Of a DNA stretch of 64,000 nucleotides, positions 21,174-35,444 are shown piece by piece. The DNA is from Takakia lepidozioides. Its lineage: Eukaryota; Plantae; Bryophyta. The translations under genes and the position numbers were made by a program. The stretch is from the NCBI GenBank assembly GCA_030704615.1, contig CM060734.1:19964001-20028000 (forward strand). The letters are read 5' to 3'. The notes below the pieces were generated by a model. It did no database searches and was not told where the DNA came from. It was given only the letters and a program-made list of their open reading frames with translations. The stretch's first letter is position 1. Every line of letters starts with the position of its first letter.

Positions 21174-24100
21174 ATGGAGGCGTCGTCGCCTGATGTGCGT
21201 GTCAGTTCGCCAAAGGGTCCTAAGCGGACGGAATCAGGTCAGCTTCCATGCTTTCTTGCGGCATTGTTTTTTTTTCTCAGTGTGAGAGAATTCGCCTGTT
21301 ACTCGCTTGCTTAAACCTTAGTGTGCTGCTTAAACCCTCGCTGGTGTATCTATTTTCTTTCTTAGAGTTTTCCCGAATGCTCTTAATCCTGCATTCCCTG
21401 CAGTGTAGTAAAGGTGGATTTCAAGAACAAGACTAGCTATAGCCCGTCTAGAGCTACCACAGAGCTAATCTTCTGACGCCATGTCAGAAAGTGATGGAAA
21501 TATTTGTGGCAGATAATCTTGTAGTAGTTATTCGAGCTGTGTATGGTATCGGAGCAAATAGAGTTGAAACTTTGCATTTGTTTTGCGGTTGAAATCTGTA
21601 CTACATCCCGTCGTTTTGAGTGGCATCGAATCTTGTAGGGCTTTTAGGCCGTAGTTGGCTTGTTTGTTTGGACCTGGAATTCCTCGTAGCCTAGCGGAGC
21701 TGCTGTGCTGCCTGTTAGGCTCCCGTCCCATGAAGGGACCTGCAAGTAGACAGAGCATTGGTGTAATGCGATAAAATGGAGAAGTTGGAAATCAACATAG
21801 ATGTAAGGAAATTTCATCTTAATGCAATAAAGTCTGCTGGATGGAATGTGAACCGACATACACACCTATGTCTGTATGCAGCACATTGTTTGTGGTATCT
21901 ATCTTCTGTGAAGGACTAGCCTCAAACTATGTGTGATGAGTTGAATAAGAAATTGTCACGGAGTCCTGCTTTTTGTTGTGTACTTTGTAGACCCTAGGTC
22001 AGCAGGAAGTGTCATGACTATTGTCCAGGTGCAGATATAAGATTTTCTGCCTGGTGTGGCAGTGTCCTTGGTGCTGAACTTACTGGTTATATGCCAACCA
22101 TTTCAGAACCCCTAAACGTGAAGGGACCTCTCATTTGCTGAACTTTTGAAGTGGTGTAGACAAGAGTGTCAGGATCATCAATAAGATCACACAAGGTTGT
22201 CGTTAGTATGTTTGTCAGTGAGGAAGATATTGGCCATTTGATAGGTTCATCAACATAATCAATTTTTTCCATGAGATTGGCAGGGATGCAACCTGGGAAC
22301 GTAGATACCATACCCTTGTCTGTTTTGTGGCTTCGTGCTGTGACATCAGGCTTGCATGTCGTGATGGGGTCGTGATTGTCTTAATCCATGTTGATTGACT
22401 GAAGGGGGTACAGTTTTCTCCATGGTGAACATATGATGTGTGAAAAGTGGTCTTGTATTGTGTAGTTGGGGTGGATTGAACAGCAGAAGTAGAGGCTACA
22501 TCCTTCAAGGGCATCTTGATTATTAGGTCTTGGGGACCTTTGTCTTAGTTAACAATTAGGATTTATTTTGATGGGAGAGCGCCACAGTCAAACTCAAACT
22601 GTATGTCAGCAAGGCAAAGCTAGCTCCCTATCTCACAGCTGGATGGGTGGGTGGTATCTTGCTGGATCATGTGCGTGCACGTCCATTTGTACCATGCATA
22701 GACCATTGCGATTCTTTGTCAACCACACATTGGGGCAACAAAGGTGTAGTTTAGTCACTTCTTTGGTGGGTATCATGGTAGCAAGGAAGCTCTTGATGTG
22801 CAGCCCAACAGCAGAAAAGGTAGTCTCCATTTCTGCTTGTGTCCCACCCAATCATTGTCCGTCCATCTCAACCTACCACTCTCTCGCTCACCCCACCGAC
22901 TTTCCTGATTGTCATTCGCATCCCCACACACCCGTACCCAGACAATGTGAGCAATGCTCCCTCCAGCATCAGGTTTCTGATATCGAATTCGGCTGCGGGG
23001 TCGGTGATCGGCAAGGGTGGCGCCACAATCAGTGATTATCAAGTCCAATCTGGGGCCCGTATCATACTGTCCCGGAATCATGAGTATTTTCCAGGGACAA
23101 CAGATCGGATCATTCTTCTCATTGGGACGGTGGGGCAGGTGCTGACAGCATTTCACCTCATCCTGACAAAGGTACTCAATGAGGTATGGTATAATCCACC
23201 CATCTGTTGCACAATGTGGTATTGGTGTGTCCCTAATCTGTCTTTTAACCATTGAATAATGTTCCAAATGGATCGTTGGCATCAGTCTGGGAAGTGGTTG
23301 CGCTGTATGGCCTTGAAGTGAACGGGATTGCAATAGCTGAGATTAAGTAGGTCATCTGTGTACCTGTTAGTCCAGGCCTGAGTCTTTGGACCTCTCATGG
23401 GTATAATTCGTCCGGGCCCTCTCAGTTCTTTTTCGCCTTCCAGAAGAAGCACAGCAGCCACCGAGGGCCATTCACAAGTAGCATCAAAAGAAGTCACCAC
23501 CTGCAAATCAGTAAATTAAGCAATGCAGGCTACTTGTACAAACTACCCTTTTGGAAGTTACACTATTGTATGTATGGTCTGCAGCCTGTCTATGCTCTTG
23601 AAAGAAGCATAGGACTTCATGAATAGCAACATTGAGGTCTTAGAAGAGCTCTTCATACATGTATGTGTTTTGGTTGGAAGCCTGCTCAATGTTTTGTATG
23701 ATTGCACACTAAGAGGGATGCAAACTGTTTGTGGGTTTGGAATTTGAAAAGTGTCTCCTCATAAAAGTGTAGAATTTGGGGTCAACTTAAACTTAGACCA
23801 TCATGGATGTGACTGCAATACTGGTTTAGGTGTCAGACTTCAGAAAAAGCTGTAAATGTATGCAAATGTAATGATTTCATCCCGCTGGGGGCAGGGTGAC
23901 GATGGGCACGAGGGGCATGAACCAAAAACAAACCTGATCAGGCTTATTGTGCGAAATAATATGTGCGGAGCAATCATTGGCAAGAGAGGTGCTACCATCA
24001 AGTATGTATTCTATTGCCATTGTTTGGTGCATATGTCATTACAGGGAGTTCACTTACCCCTTTATCTCTTTCTCCTCTTCTTTGTTTCCTTTTCCTTACT

Positions 24101-27100
24101 TTTCTTTTTCTTCTCGCTCTTATCCCCGCATGTGTTTACTGTTTTGTTCTTCTTTGGATTGTTTCCTGGCACCTTCTCTAAGTGATAGCCAATAACGTGA
24201 CTGACCTTTCCCTTTACTTCCGGAAATGTGACAGAAATTTAGTACGGTGGTTGTTCTCTGCAGAAACCTATATCCACAGTCGGCAGCTAACCAAGTCGGT
24301 GGGTAAGTGATGGTGGCTTGTCACTGTTCTTCTTGGTCTATGGATTGGTGAGAGGCAGTTACCAAGTCTATACCACAATTTCAGTTTACGGGTTCAAGTT
24401 GAATCTGTGTTTGTTCTTTCGTTTGTATCCATGTGTATGTTGTCCTTGCTTCTTTCTCTCCCTATTCTCTTTTTTCTGGTCTCTATTTTTCTATTCTTTG
24501 CTGTCTGTTTCCGGTTTTCTCCTCTAACTGTCGATCAGATCTTCTCAGTACTTTTTTTGTAAGTATGGACATATCCGATACTCAGGGTCACTTGAGACAC
24601 ATTCCATGAAACGAGTGGCCAAAATGACGTGATGGGCTGAAATGAACTTTGTGTAAAGCGTCCACCGGCTAAAATTCCTCAATTTCTGCCAGCCCTCGGA
24701 TGTGTTCTGCTTGCACAGAAGGTTGCTGATGTGGAAACGTAGGCAAACCACTGGCGAAACTTAAAACCTCCTCGTGGCCACTCGACTATTCTTGGGATGT
24801 GCTTAAATATCGTTCTCAATTTTGGCTGCTCAAAATTTTCACACGTGCATCCAGCAGTGCCACATGGACTGAGAGTTTCTCATTGAGAGGCCATGTCTAA
24901 ATCATCCACTGGCCAAAACCTGAAATTAGTCGAATCATTCACCAGCACCACATTTTGGCCGCTCATTCGAGGTGTGTCTAAAGTGGCCCTTACAAGGATG
25001 TATGTTATCCACTTGGTGTGCCACATTTGAGAAACCTGTAAAATGTAGAGTCTTCATGTTTGATCATTCCGCGCTATCACCAGATTCTCCTGTCGTGCTG
25101 AAGTCTATATCATATAGTCACTTGACTATTGATCACTGCTGCAAGCTGTCATCACCCACCAGCTGACTGTGGGTGATTTCTGCACTGCTTGAGGATTGAC
25201 CATAGGGAAAAAAGCACATTCATATGATCTAGACAATAGCATGGATGCATGCTAGCCCTGCCCTGGTATAGTAAATGGACATTCATCCATCCTCGTACAG
25301 TAATTCTCAATAATAACAACAATGTTCCCTTTTCCAACCAATGATTTAAGGTCTAAGGACTCCAACTGATGCTTTTATGAAAAGGAAGGAACTTCTCTGT
25401 CCACTCTGGATAAATGTCAATCATCCAAAGGATGAGAAATTGGACAAAATATGTTCTACACAATATTCACACTTATGGAAGAACTAGTCGTTGGGTTGCT
25501 TTTGCTTGCTTCTCGTTTCCTATGTGACAGGTCCACTGCGACTTCCATATTCCGAATTCTGTATCAGCCACCACGGACATGAAACCAGGAACTTCGCACA
25601 AAATCTCCAATTCATTCAATTTATGGTGGGCCGTGGCTGCATAGGTAGCTTGACTGAAGATATGCATGAAGCACAAAAATTTCTGGAACTTTAAGTGGGA
25701 AATAGAGTTTCAGTCAAACTCTGATAGATTAGCTTGCTGGTTGTGACATAAGTGTGCAGTTTTGTATACACCTTATGGAAGTTGCGGTAAAGAGCTGTAG
25801 GAAATTGTTGATGGTTCAGGGTATTTGTTAAGGATTCTGGTGCAAACATCAAGCTCTCTTCGCAAGACCAACCAATACCAGGTGTTACAGATCGACTTAT
25901 CAGTATCACAGGCTCCCTGGATCAACAGCTTAGAGCAGTCGCTCTTATTATAACGAAGCTTTCAGAATATCTTAATTATGTCCAGTACGCTACTGCTCCA
26001 ATCTCTTATGGTAAGTATTGGACCATACACACACTACCTGTTTGTTAAACACTTCTACTTTCTTAGGCTGTTGTGATCGTTCTTACACTATAGTAAATGA
26101 AAGAGCTCTAATCAGTGCTCATATTTGGTAGGTTGTGTGCTGTTTGAAATTAGGACTATTTGCCGATTGTCTGGCAGGGAACCTACCAATCTAGTAACGC
26201 ATACTTGCTTTGTCTACTACAGGATCAGGGTTGCTGGGTTTGCAAGGCCTCCAGGACCGCTTTGCTGCTACGAGCATCTCACCTGATGGATATGGTGGTT
26301 CTTCTGGAGTTAGTAGTCCTCACAGCAAGGTGCTCTCCCTATCTTCCCTTTTCTTTGACAGTGTGGCTGGCTTGTTATTAGCTACAGAGCTAGAGCTGCA
26401 GATCTGGTATCAGCCCCTTCCTTTCTATGGTGTCACAAGCTCTCGAACCACTGGAACACATGCTGTATCTGTACTAAGGTAGGGGCTCAGTGTAGCAGTT
26501 CCAGACTGAACTAATTGCCTAGTTTGATCACAATGATAGCCCTTAAATCAACACGCAAATAGGGTTACCCTTGTAACCGGATTGTCGTCGGTTGTGTATA
26601 GTTTTTTAGGAACTAAGTCTTACAGCTGATGGCTTCAAACGTCATAGCCAATATTTGCAGTATTAAGAAATGAGGAAGAGCAACTCTCAAACTTCATTAA
26701 CACTGATTAAAAATGTCTGGCAGAGTGTTTCAGAAATCTGACTGGTAAGATGTTATGGGCACTGTGTGGCTGCAGATTAAAGTTTTGATCGTCACTGGTT
26801 GGTCCTTGGTTGTGAGAACACTTCTGAGTAGATGGAAAAAACCTTTGTTTATAAATTACCTTTGGCTCCTAGGGGTTCCCATGGCAACCCTCGTGAGGCC
26901 TTGTGGCTAGAACTTCACTGGCAATCCAAATCTGACCCCTGGTTACTAATTGAATACGAGGTTGTTGTTGTATCAAGAATGCACTCGATTTATTTTATTC
27001 TGGATTAGTCCAGGCTTTAATGATATCAGCTCATTTTTACTCGCCGTGTATGAGCGGATCAAGTGCTGGACATAACCAAGTTTTAGTCAGGATGCCCTTC

Positions 27101-27885
27101 TAGAAGTGCCTCCTTATATGCACCTCAAAGGTTCTTACCTTTGTGCCTTTGTTGATTGTACACTCAGGGTATCATACCTCCACTTGGCACTCTCCGGTCA
27201 AAAGTACATGTAACATTGCCTGTAGTAGAGGCAGGCCCTGTCATGACCTCCCTTACTGTAGCTGTGCCTGATGAGCGCATTGGGGTTATCGTGGGCCGTG
27301 GCGGCAAGACAATCACCGAGATGCAACAGGTCTGCTTTCCTTTCTTTGTTTGAGTTTCAAACATTTCTTTTCAATTTGTCACTATGTTAAGCTTAGCTTG
27401 TGTTCTGGTAGTGTAGGATTAATGTCCTTTCCTGGTCTGTGAGTAATGTGGAAACTCCTTGGCCTTTAATACTGCACAGTGAGTGAGTGATTGATTCTCA
27501 CGGAGGGATATTTATTCTATGTACAGCAACCCACAGCCCCAACACTCTCAACACATCACACACGCAGATCACATCTTTATAATAGCTGTTGGAACTCATG
27601 TTGGTTCCCTTTTTGTGGTGACAGGCTAGTGGTGCCAAGATAAAGATTTCTGATCGTGGCGATTTTGTTACTGGCACCACAAACAGGTAGGTTTATCCTA
27701 CCACCATATGGAATATCTTGGGACTTCCCATTTCCTGCACCAGTTGTTTGTCTCCACTGTCCATATGTGCAATTTCGGTAGGGCTAGTAACTTTCTGTTC
27801 TTGGCTGTGCAGAAAGGTGGCAATTTCCGGAACTGCACAAGGTGTGCGTACTGCACAGATTTTGCTGACTGAAAAAGTCAGGTAG
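21174..27885 (+). CDS. BTR1: Three-KH-domain RNA-binding protein, BTR1/NOVA-like
   Basis: Exons 21174-21237, 22942-23183, 23895-24001, 25820-26010, 26223-26329, 27168-27329, 27625-27686, 27813-27885. KH1 [34 protein letters not shown]; KH2 [13 protein letters not shown]; KH3 [43 protein letters not shown]. Confidence 0.92.
22090..22840 (-). mobile_element. Highly degraded Ty1/copia pol remnant in BTR1 intron 1
   Basis: Weak resemblances only: GLCMVQMDV to the copia RT QMDV motif, and frameshifted LNYTFVAP to IDYxETFAP. Confidence 0.3.
24585..24989. mobile_element. Tourist/Harbinger-like MITE in BTR1 intron 3
   Basis: TIRs GGGTCACTTGAGACAC..GAGTGGCCAAAATG / CATTTTGGCCGCTC..GTGTCTAAAGTGGCCC; flanks TCA / TTA. 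Confidence 0.7.
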
Positions 27886-29039
27886 AGTCTTGCAGCAGAT
27901 TAGGAGGGGTAACTCATCCCTGCACAGAAGCGACAGAGGGAGATTGTTCTATCGAAGCCCTGTACTGTGATTTATAGGTCTCTATACAAGTAGGCCAAGT
28001 AAACCATTCTTGGTGAAGGTGACTTGTCAGAGCCTATTTCAGTTCAGGGCATGCATTAGTCTGTAGATGAGTTCCTCACTGAGATAAGTACAATCCATCT
28101 CCATGCATTTTGACAAACTATATGGGGCTCCCTTCGATGGGGTGCTTCACTTCCACAGGTCAGTCACGCCATCTACTGGACATTTTCGAGCTAATCCAGC
28201 TCTGTTATTATACTTCATTTTGTGAGCAGCCCAAGGTCAATGCAAGAACCAGCATGTCCAGCTGTCTCACATTGTTCGATCTTGCAGTCTAGCTGGTGGC
28301 ATCTCTTTTCCAAGCTGGGCAATGTTTGTTCATTTTGTAAATTTGGTTCGAATATGAACTTTGTAAACATTTTTTCTTTTCTGGAAATATCTGTGTTTCT
28401 TAAAGTGATAATGAATGAGTGATGCTTTGGTTTTTGGTTTGAACTTCCCAAGTGATGCCCTGCCCCTGCTCATAGAGTTGATTCTCGAAAATGTTTTCTG
28501 TTGTCGTCATTCAGTTGACTCTCTTTTCCTGAATCAACCGAACTATAGCTTTGTACAAGCTGTATGACCTGCTCTCAGATGGACAAAGCCCTACATGTGC
28601 TGCTCTTAGACAGACCTACAACCCCAGAGAGATGAACTTGGTGTGTGTCCAGAGGAGCTTATGGCTAAGGCATTTGTTAATCTTCTCCCCCAACAATGAA
28701 ATTTGTTGAGTTTGTAACAGTCCTCATATGGAACACTCGTTCCCTATGCTTGAGTTCAGGTGCAAATGTGTATAGTAGGCTTCCTACTTACCTATGTAAA
28801 GTTGGTATCCCCCACAAGTTGGTGTTCAGGACTGGCCTAAGTCTTGGCAGTCGAGAGCAGCTTGCTCGCCGCATAGCCGCCTTCTGATTGGCCCTGAGGA
28901 GGCCGGCTATAACGAAGTAGCGCGGCTCGGTATACATACGCAGCCCTACTACAAATGGTAAGAAACCCTAAAAGTTTATTAGGTAGGTTGAAAGTGGGTA
29001 GGTCGGTAGCGGCTTGCAAGCTGCCCTCTACTGCTACGT

Positions 29040-29169
29040 CAGATAGTGGCTGCGTGTCGCCCTACTATTAAGAGTAGCAGGGCTCCTCGGAGCCACTATC
29101 TAGTGGCGGCGAGGTATATACGGAGCCCCTACTATTAACTGTAGCAGGGCGACACGCAGCCACTATCTA
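29040..29169. repeat. Compound inverted repeat
   Basis: AGATAGTGGCTGCGTGTCGCCCT (29041) pairs with AGGGCGACACGCAGCCACTATCT (ending ~29168), enclosing inner GGCTCC/GGAGCC arms. Confidence 0.8.
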
Positions 29170-30252
29170 GTCCGTAGTAACCAGTAATATGTTTATGATA
29201 ACTTATGTGGCTTTGAAAATTCATGATGCTGATGATGTTAAGTGTGTAAGTTATCTGAGTACTTTCCAACAGGGCCAAAGAAAACATTGTACTAGGGCCC
29301 CACAAAAATGCTTCCTGTCGGAATTCGCTATGAGAGAGAGAAGACTCTGGCTGTAGCCGACGCAAGTAAGACCCAACCTAAAACGAAAGCCCCGCATTTT
29401 CAACATCAAGGCATTGCAACTCCGTCATATCGTCATGTCCCGGGGCTCACGCAAAACACATGTTTAGACTTTAGACACCATTGGATGAAGAATTGTAGAT
29501 GGATGACGGGAATGGGTGAGTCTGCTGACTTGAATAGGTGAGTGTACTACCGTGAACAGACGAGCCTACTAACATCGACAAATTGGTAGTCCACTTCTAA
29601 TAACTAGATAAAAATTCATAACTAATTCACAACTACTCCAACTTGGGATGGGTTCCAAATTACAAAGCCCATAAAGGAAAAATAACACATCATCTTTTCA
29701 GGTGTTTTCTTATTTGTTCGGTTTTGGGTGAGGTGACCTTAAGAGATAACTCCAACCGGAGTAAACCGGCTGTAGCCAACGGAACTAAGAGCCACTACGA
29801 GAGAGAGATGATGCCAACAGGAGTGGGGTGTTGGTAGAACATAAGCACAGTGAGCATAAATAAATAGAGGCGTGAGCACAAAAACACGGTAATAAAGTCC
29901 CAATGTTTACACGGAAATAGAATATAAGACAGAAGTAGGCCCTAATTTACTCGCAAATAGGCTCAATCACAAATATTTTTATAATTTATATGATAATTGT
30001 AATTATATTACTACCTATAATAAATTTGACATTAATCGAAAATGTAACCAAAATTGAAATTATTTTATTTTTATTTTTATTTTTTGAAATTATTCAAGGA
30101 AAACTAATAAAAACCCTCATAGTGCCGTGAGACATAGCAAAAAATACCAAAAAATATAATATATTACAGAAACACTTGGATATCGTGGGCGAAACAAGTT
30201 AATAATCTTTGATAATCATGATATTTCTGGGAAAGGCCCAAAAAACAAAAAC

Positions 30253-30569
30253 AAGTTTCACTGGCAAAACTTCAATATTTTTTGCCCTAGTTGTGCCCAA
30301 AGAAGAACAAAAAGAGTTTCGCCGACAAAACTTAAGTAAATTTGGGTTTCCCAAAAACAATAAAAAACAATAAATCAAGTTTCACTGGCAAAACTTCAAT
30401 ATTTTTTGCCCTAGTTGTGCCCAAAGAATAACAAAAAGAGTTTTGCCGACAAAACTTAAGTAATTTTGGGTTTTTCCAAAAAACAAAACAAATCAACAAA
30501 ACTTCAATATTTTTGGCTCTAGTTGTGCCCAAAGAAGAACAAAAAGAGTTTCGCCGACAAAACTTAAGT
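30253..30569. repeat. Tandem repeat, 3 x ~120-125 bp
   Basis: CAAAACTTCAATATTTTTTGCCCTAGTTGTGCCCAAAGAAGAACAAAAAGAGTTTCGCCGACAAAACTTAAGT core occurs three times. Confidence 0.9.
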
Positions 30570-31700
30570 TTCAACCGGGACTCCGAGATTCTTGTTAAAT
30601 GCACCAGTCGTTGGGCCCATTGGAAGTCAGCGGGGCTGTCGCATATGTTGCATTTTTGGGATATGGACTCTGGCTCCATCATCTCCCCTACTGCAGCTCA
30701 AGGTTTTTTAAAGAGGAGAATTGCCCTTCGCTGGGAGGTTGTTCTGGGCAACCTTCCCCCGCATTGGACTGACTTGCTATCTCAGCCTGACAACTTTACT
30801 TTCCCTCTTTGGCTGGGTTTTGCTCGGGTTCTAGGAATAAGGCCTTCTTTGCAACCACAAGAAATTCCAGTTCCTTCATAGAAATTGGGTTTGACGTGCA
30901 GCAAGATGGTATCTTATTAAACCCTCAACCTATTTTGCTGCCTACCAGTAATGATTTCTATGCTATCAGAGTTATTTGCTCCATCACTGGTGAATCCAAT
31001 CCATCGCCTCCGCGTGAGCTTCAACACTATAGAGGTTCTTTCTTCTGGTTTCTTTCTGCACCATTGAGGCTTTTGCAATTTTGATCTTGCAGAGTGACTT
31101 TGGATGAGCAAAAAGCGTCACCACTTTTTCGCTTACTCTGTTAAGATGGGGTATTCCTTACTCATGCCCAAACAGTCTTTTGACAGAAAATGGCTGAAGA
31201 AGTGGGCTCACATTTCGGTGCAGCAGATTTCGTGGAAACATGTACGGGCTGATGTATGGAAGAAACGTAGACCTTCCAAAATATCGGGCCTTCTTTGGAA
31301 GATTGTGAACAGAATTGTTCCTGTTGGCACCTCTCTCTCGCAAGTTTTCCTTGTCTCTCCTTCGCTGGCTGTTTGTAGGATCTGTGGCTTCCCTGCCTTG
31401 TCTCCGGTTATCTGGTTGCTTAGGATTAGCAAAGTTCTTCTGGACTTTCCTCGTCCCTGGTTATCTGGTAGCTTTAGGATTAGCAAAGTTCTTCAAGACT
31501 TTTTTATTCTGGCTTTTCTGTTGGATCTGAGCCATCTCTGGCTGAAGAGATGGTCATCTTCTTTGGCCCCTCTTCCTTCTCCCCTTCTTATTATGTTTCT
31601 GGTCTGGAGTGGTAGGGCCTCATTCCTCTGCCTTCATGGCTTTTTGTAAGGTTATTTTTTCCTTACCTTATTAATAAAATTTATCAGGAAAAGAAAAAAT
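30570..31700 (+). mobile_element. 5'-truncated L1-clade LINE (ORF2 C-terminus with zf-RVT-like region, 3' UTR, A-rich tail)
   Basis: YSVKMGYSLL..W..VWKKRRPSKISGLLWKIVNRIVPVG..CRICG, followed by the tail motif GCCTTCATGGC..GGTTATTTTTTCC and A-runs. Confidence 0.75.
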
Positions 31701-32304
31701 AATAATTTTGGTCCAGTATGTTCCCAACAAAAGAAAAAACACCTCAGGTTTTCCAGAATTTCAAATATAGATAGCTTGTGCTCACGTGAGCGTACTTCTG
31801 CAATAGTTTCGCAATTCGTTTGGCGTGAGCACAATTCATTTTGTCATAGAATCTTTAAATAATATTCGTATAATATACTGAATATTCTCTTTTGCTCGCA
31901 TGGCGTAAGCCTGCGCACCGCACATGCTGGGAGGGCCCACTACTTGGATGAGACTGATTCTTACCCAACTCATTGGAACTCCACTTTTACCCTGTGACTT
32001 GTTGGTAAATTAACACTGGGTACTCTTCACACCATCCGTTGAAAATGTAATTGCAAAGAAAGTCTTGGCATTCATAACTGAGCAGTCATCCAGAAAGTTA
32101 TGTACCCCAGGTGCACGGCCTATGCTGTTCAACACCTTCGTGCTGAAACAATTATTATTTTTTAAACAAATCAAGTGCAGTACCAGGCTCCGAAAATGAA
32201 TTATTTAAATTTCAAGCAAAAGTCACAAATCTAAAAAAAACGTCATAAATTTTTCAAGTCATCAAGTCATAAATAAACTTCAACAAAAGTGGTGTGAATT
32301 TTCT

Positions 32305-32820
32305 AGTTTTTTATTTTTTTAGACAGGGGACAGAGGCCCTGTTATTTGAAATTATTTGGGGAAAAATTAAATCAATCAGAAAAAATTCCAGATATTTCAG
32401 CACTTACAGAGTCCAGAGTCCAGACTATAGTTTTCAAAAGAAAAAGATTTCAAATATCTTTTTCTTTTTCTTGTTTCCAAGAATTATTTCGACTTTCACT
32501 TTTTATACAACTAACTACATCTGGGCTCGTCCCTCATCCACAGGATGTGCACCCTGCCTTATGGCATTCACCGGGGTTTTATTTTTTCCCTTTAATAAAG
32601 TAAACGGCCAACGCCCTAACCAAAAAAAAAGAAAAAAAAGAAAAAAAACACTACATAGGTACACATAAGTAGTCTGCATTATGGAATTTTGTTTAATTCA
32701 AGACCCCTGTTGGGTGCTACCCAATCGCTTCCGATGTACATGCCTCATGGCCTCCGGTCTTGGTTATTTTTTTCATGATTTAAAGGGCCTCCGTACCCTT
32801 TCATTTTTTTTTAAAAAAAC
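32305..32820. mobile_element. Three short L1 3'-tail fragments (one minus, two plus)
   Basis: T-run+AGACAGGGGACAGAGGCCCT (minus); GCCTTATGGC..TTATTTTTTCCC..A-run (~32556-32648); GCCTCATGGC..GGTTATTTTTTTC..AAGGGCCTCCGTACCC..A-run (~32742-32819). Confidence 0.55.
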
Positions 32821-35444
32821 AGTCACACCCCCCAACCCCCTCCCCCCATTGATAAATGTAGGCTTGGTTCCGGCATCATCCCGTGAGTAGTAACTTTGTG
32901 ATTGTTACCATCTCAGGGATCTGAACAGGACCCTTTGTTCATGTGAACTTATTGTGTGAGCCAATTACAAGGCGCCCCATCACTTGTTGTATGGCTCGCA
33001 TAAGTATGTTTCCGTGGAGAAGGATTGATATGGAATCACAGAGTGGCACGTGGGAAATTGCCTCTTGGATCTCCAATTTGTCGGAACTCTTCTTCCTCCT
33101 CCCCCCGAGGGCTTGTCTGTCTTTGATTGCATGTGTTTCCTGGTTTGGATCTTTCTGTGGGCATTGCTAAAATCCGAGTGGAGTCCATGTCTGCGCTGCA
33201 GTTGCGGACGCTCACCAGGCCTGCATGATTTTGCCGCTGATCCATTCTTTTCACTCTCGGGCCCGTTCATGTTTGTGTTGTTGGGCAGTTTCCATCGCTA
33301 ACTACCCTGGAGACTTCTGAGGTATGGCCTCATTGTAAGTTACACTTGAGAAAGATCTGTTTGTGGTAGGCTGTTATGGTGAAAGATAGCATCAGTTAAT
33401 CTCCTGCGTGATGTGTGATCTCCGTTCCCCAACACATGCAGTAATGATGGTGGTGAGGTACCGCGGATTCAATAATTAAGATGCCTGTCAGCGCAGCATT
33501 GCTTCCAATTACTGCAGGAGATAGTTTTCATACACAAGATTATGTTATGTTTGTAGGTTTGGCACAGTGACTCCCATCATTCGAGTGTCTGGTAGGTGGA
33601 TTAGACTTTCCCGCATCTCTACGTCAATTATTGTTGCAAAATTGCACGAAAGCTAGCCGGTCGTCATTTTGTAGACAATCAGTTCCTTGTATTATGAGGA
33701 AGGCATGGGGATATCACATTCCAATTGCGAACCTTCAGTTGGGGTCTGAATTCTGTCGTGTCTCTTGTCCTGGATTGTTTCTGAGCAAAGAATGTAACAC
33801 CGATCACCGGTTTCAAACTTTACTGTAGTCGAAGTAGACAGAAGCCGTTCAGATTTTCTTGGACCAATTTCTGTATTACTTATGAGTGGGACTTGGAGAA
33901 GGAAGACTTTTGAAGGAGGAATGAATATTTATCTCTTTTGACAAAAATTCACTCTTCTCACATTCAGTAGATGCCAGGAGCATGATGGTTGTCATGCTGG
34001 TCTAGACACTTGTCATTTCTGCCCTTGAAGTCTCTTGCCCCCAAGGAACTAAACAACATGATTCACTGTTGGGCTTATGTTACAGGACTTCCTCTAGCTG
34101 ATTTTTTCTAGAGTAAAGCCGATGTATGGGAGCAGGGTGGTGCACAGCTCAATGTATGTTTGATTTGCAGGGTTTGGATCATCTAAACATGCTCACATTA
34201 GGGTCATTGGCTCAGATTCTCTTCCCCTGGACTTTCCATGGGGTCTTTTGTGGCATCTTTGTCAGACCAGTTCGTTGTTATAGTCTGGTCACTATCAATC
34301 ATGTCCAGTGACATATATTTGATGTGGCCTGCTTGCAGCTGTCTGTCGTACTTGAGTCAAGGGTTTTTATGAAAGCAAAATACTCTGCTTATGTCACACG
34401 AGCACTACCTCATGTCCATACTCTGGAAAGAAAGCGAGTTTCTCCCTATCCTACTTTTTCTCTCTGGTTGCTGTTGTGTACTCACATTGTGGAATGGCCA
34501 TGGAAACCAGATGTCGGAGTGTATGCAGGCATCCAACAGCATTGCAGGAGGGAGACAGTGTGATGATTGTGAAGAAGCAGCTAAAGAGTTGCTATGGTGT
34601 GAGAAATGTGGAGTAGCTCTTTGCTTTGAGTGTGACAGTCATTGCCATCATGGGAAAAGCTTGCGAAGCTCACATCTACGTCTCTTGTTGGCTTCTGTTG
34701 TCACTCTCTCTCCAGTGCCTGGTGGATTGGCCAGAAGGCAGGCCCAACTAGGTTAGTCTGTCTTTCGTAAGAAGGTTGAGAGCCTTGCTATCTACTAACT
34801 TCAAGGCTATACTCTGTGAACTAGCCAAGTGTATGGACGTGCAGAGTAGTCTCCACACTGTTATCAAATCTGTTGATATCTGAATCTCCCCTTTTCTGCA
34901 AACCTCCGCTTTTCACCTGTTCAAAACTGGGTGATGGGCTGGTGCAGGTAGTCAGCATAGAGGTGGTAAGCGTTCGACTGTTGGGAGAGAACATGACGCC
35001 AGGTTATTACTGGAACGCCCTGCGTCTCTGTTGGAATCATCCTGCTTCCCTGTCGGCAACACAGAGCTGCGAGTCAACAGAAACAGTGTATTTGATCTGG
35101 CTCTACTTCATTCCCCATCAAAGGATAAGAGGAAAAAGGAAAACCCATCCAGTCCCACCAATATCCATGGGTTTAATAACTCAATACTGGAGAAGGTAGA
35201 GCGAAAAAGTGGGGCCAGGGCTTTGCCTCCTAGCAACTCACAGGCATCCAATTCCTTGTTTCGGAGTGCAACATTTCCTGCCGCAAGTACCCAGTCTCTG
35301 CTTGCTGGGCAAGTTGAGGACTCAAATCAGGATGCAGACACGTCAGACCAGTCATTGTCCAGCTCTCCAGAGATCAGGAGCCCAATTTTTGTACGTTCTA
35401 CTTCACTGCCGGTAAGCTTTGATGCTCTACTTGTTGACCTTGAA

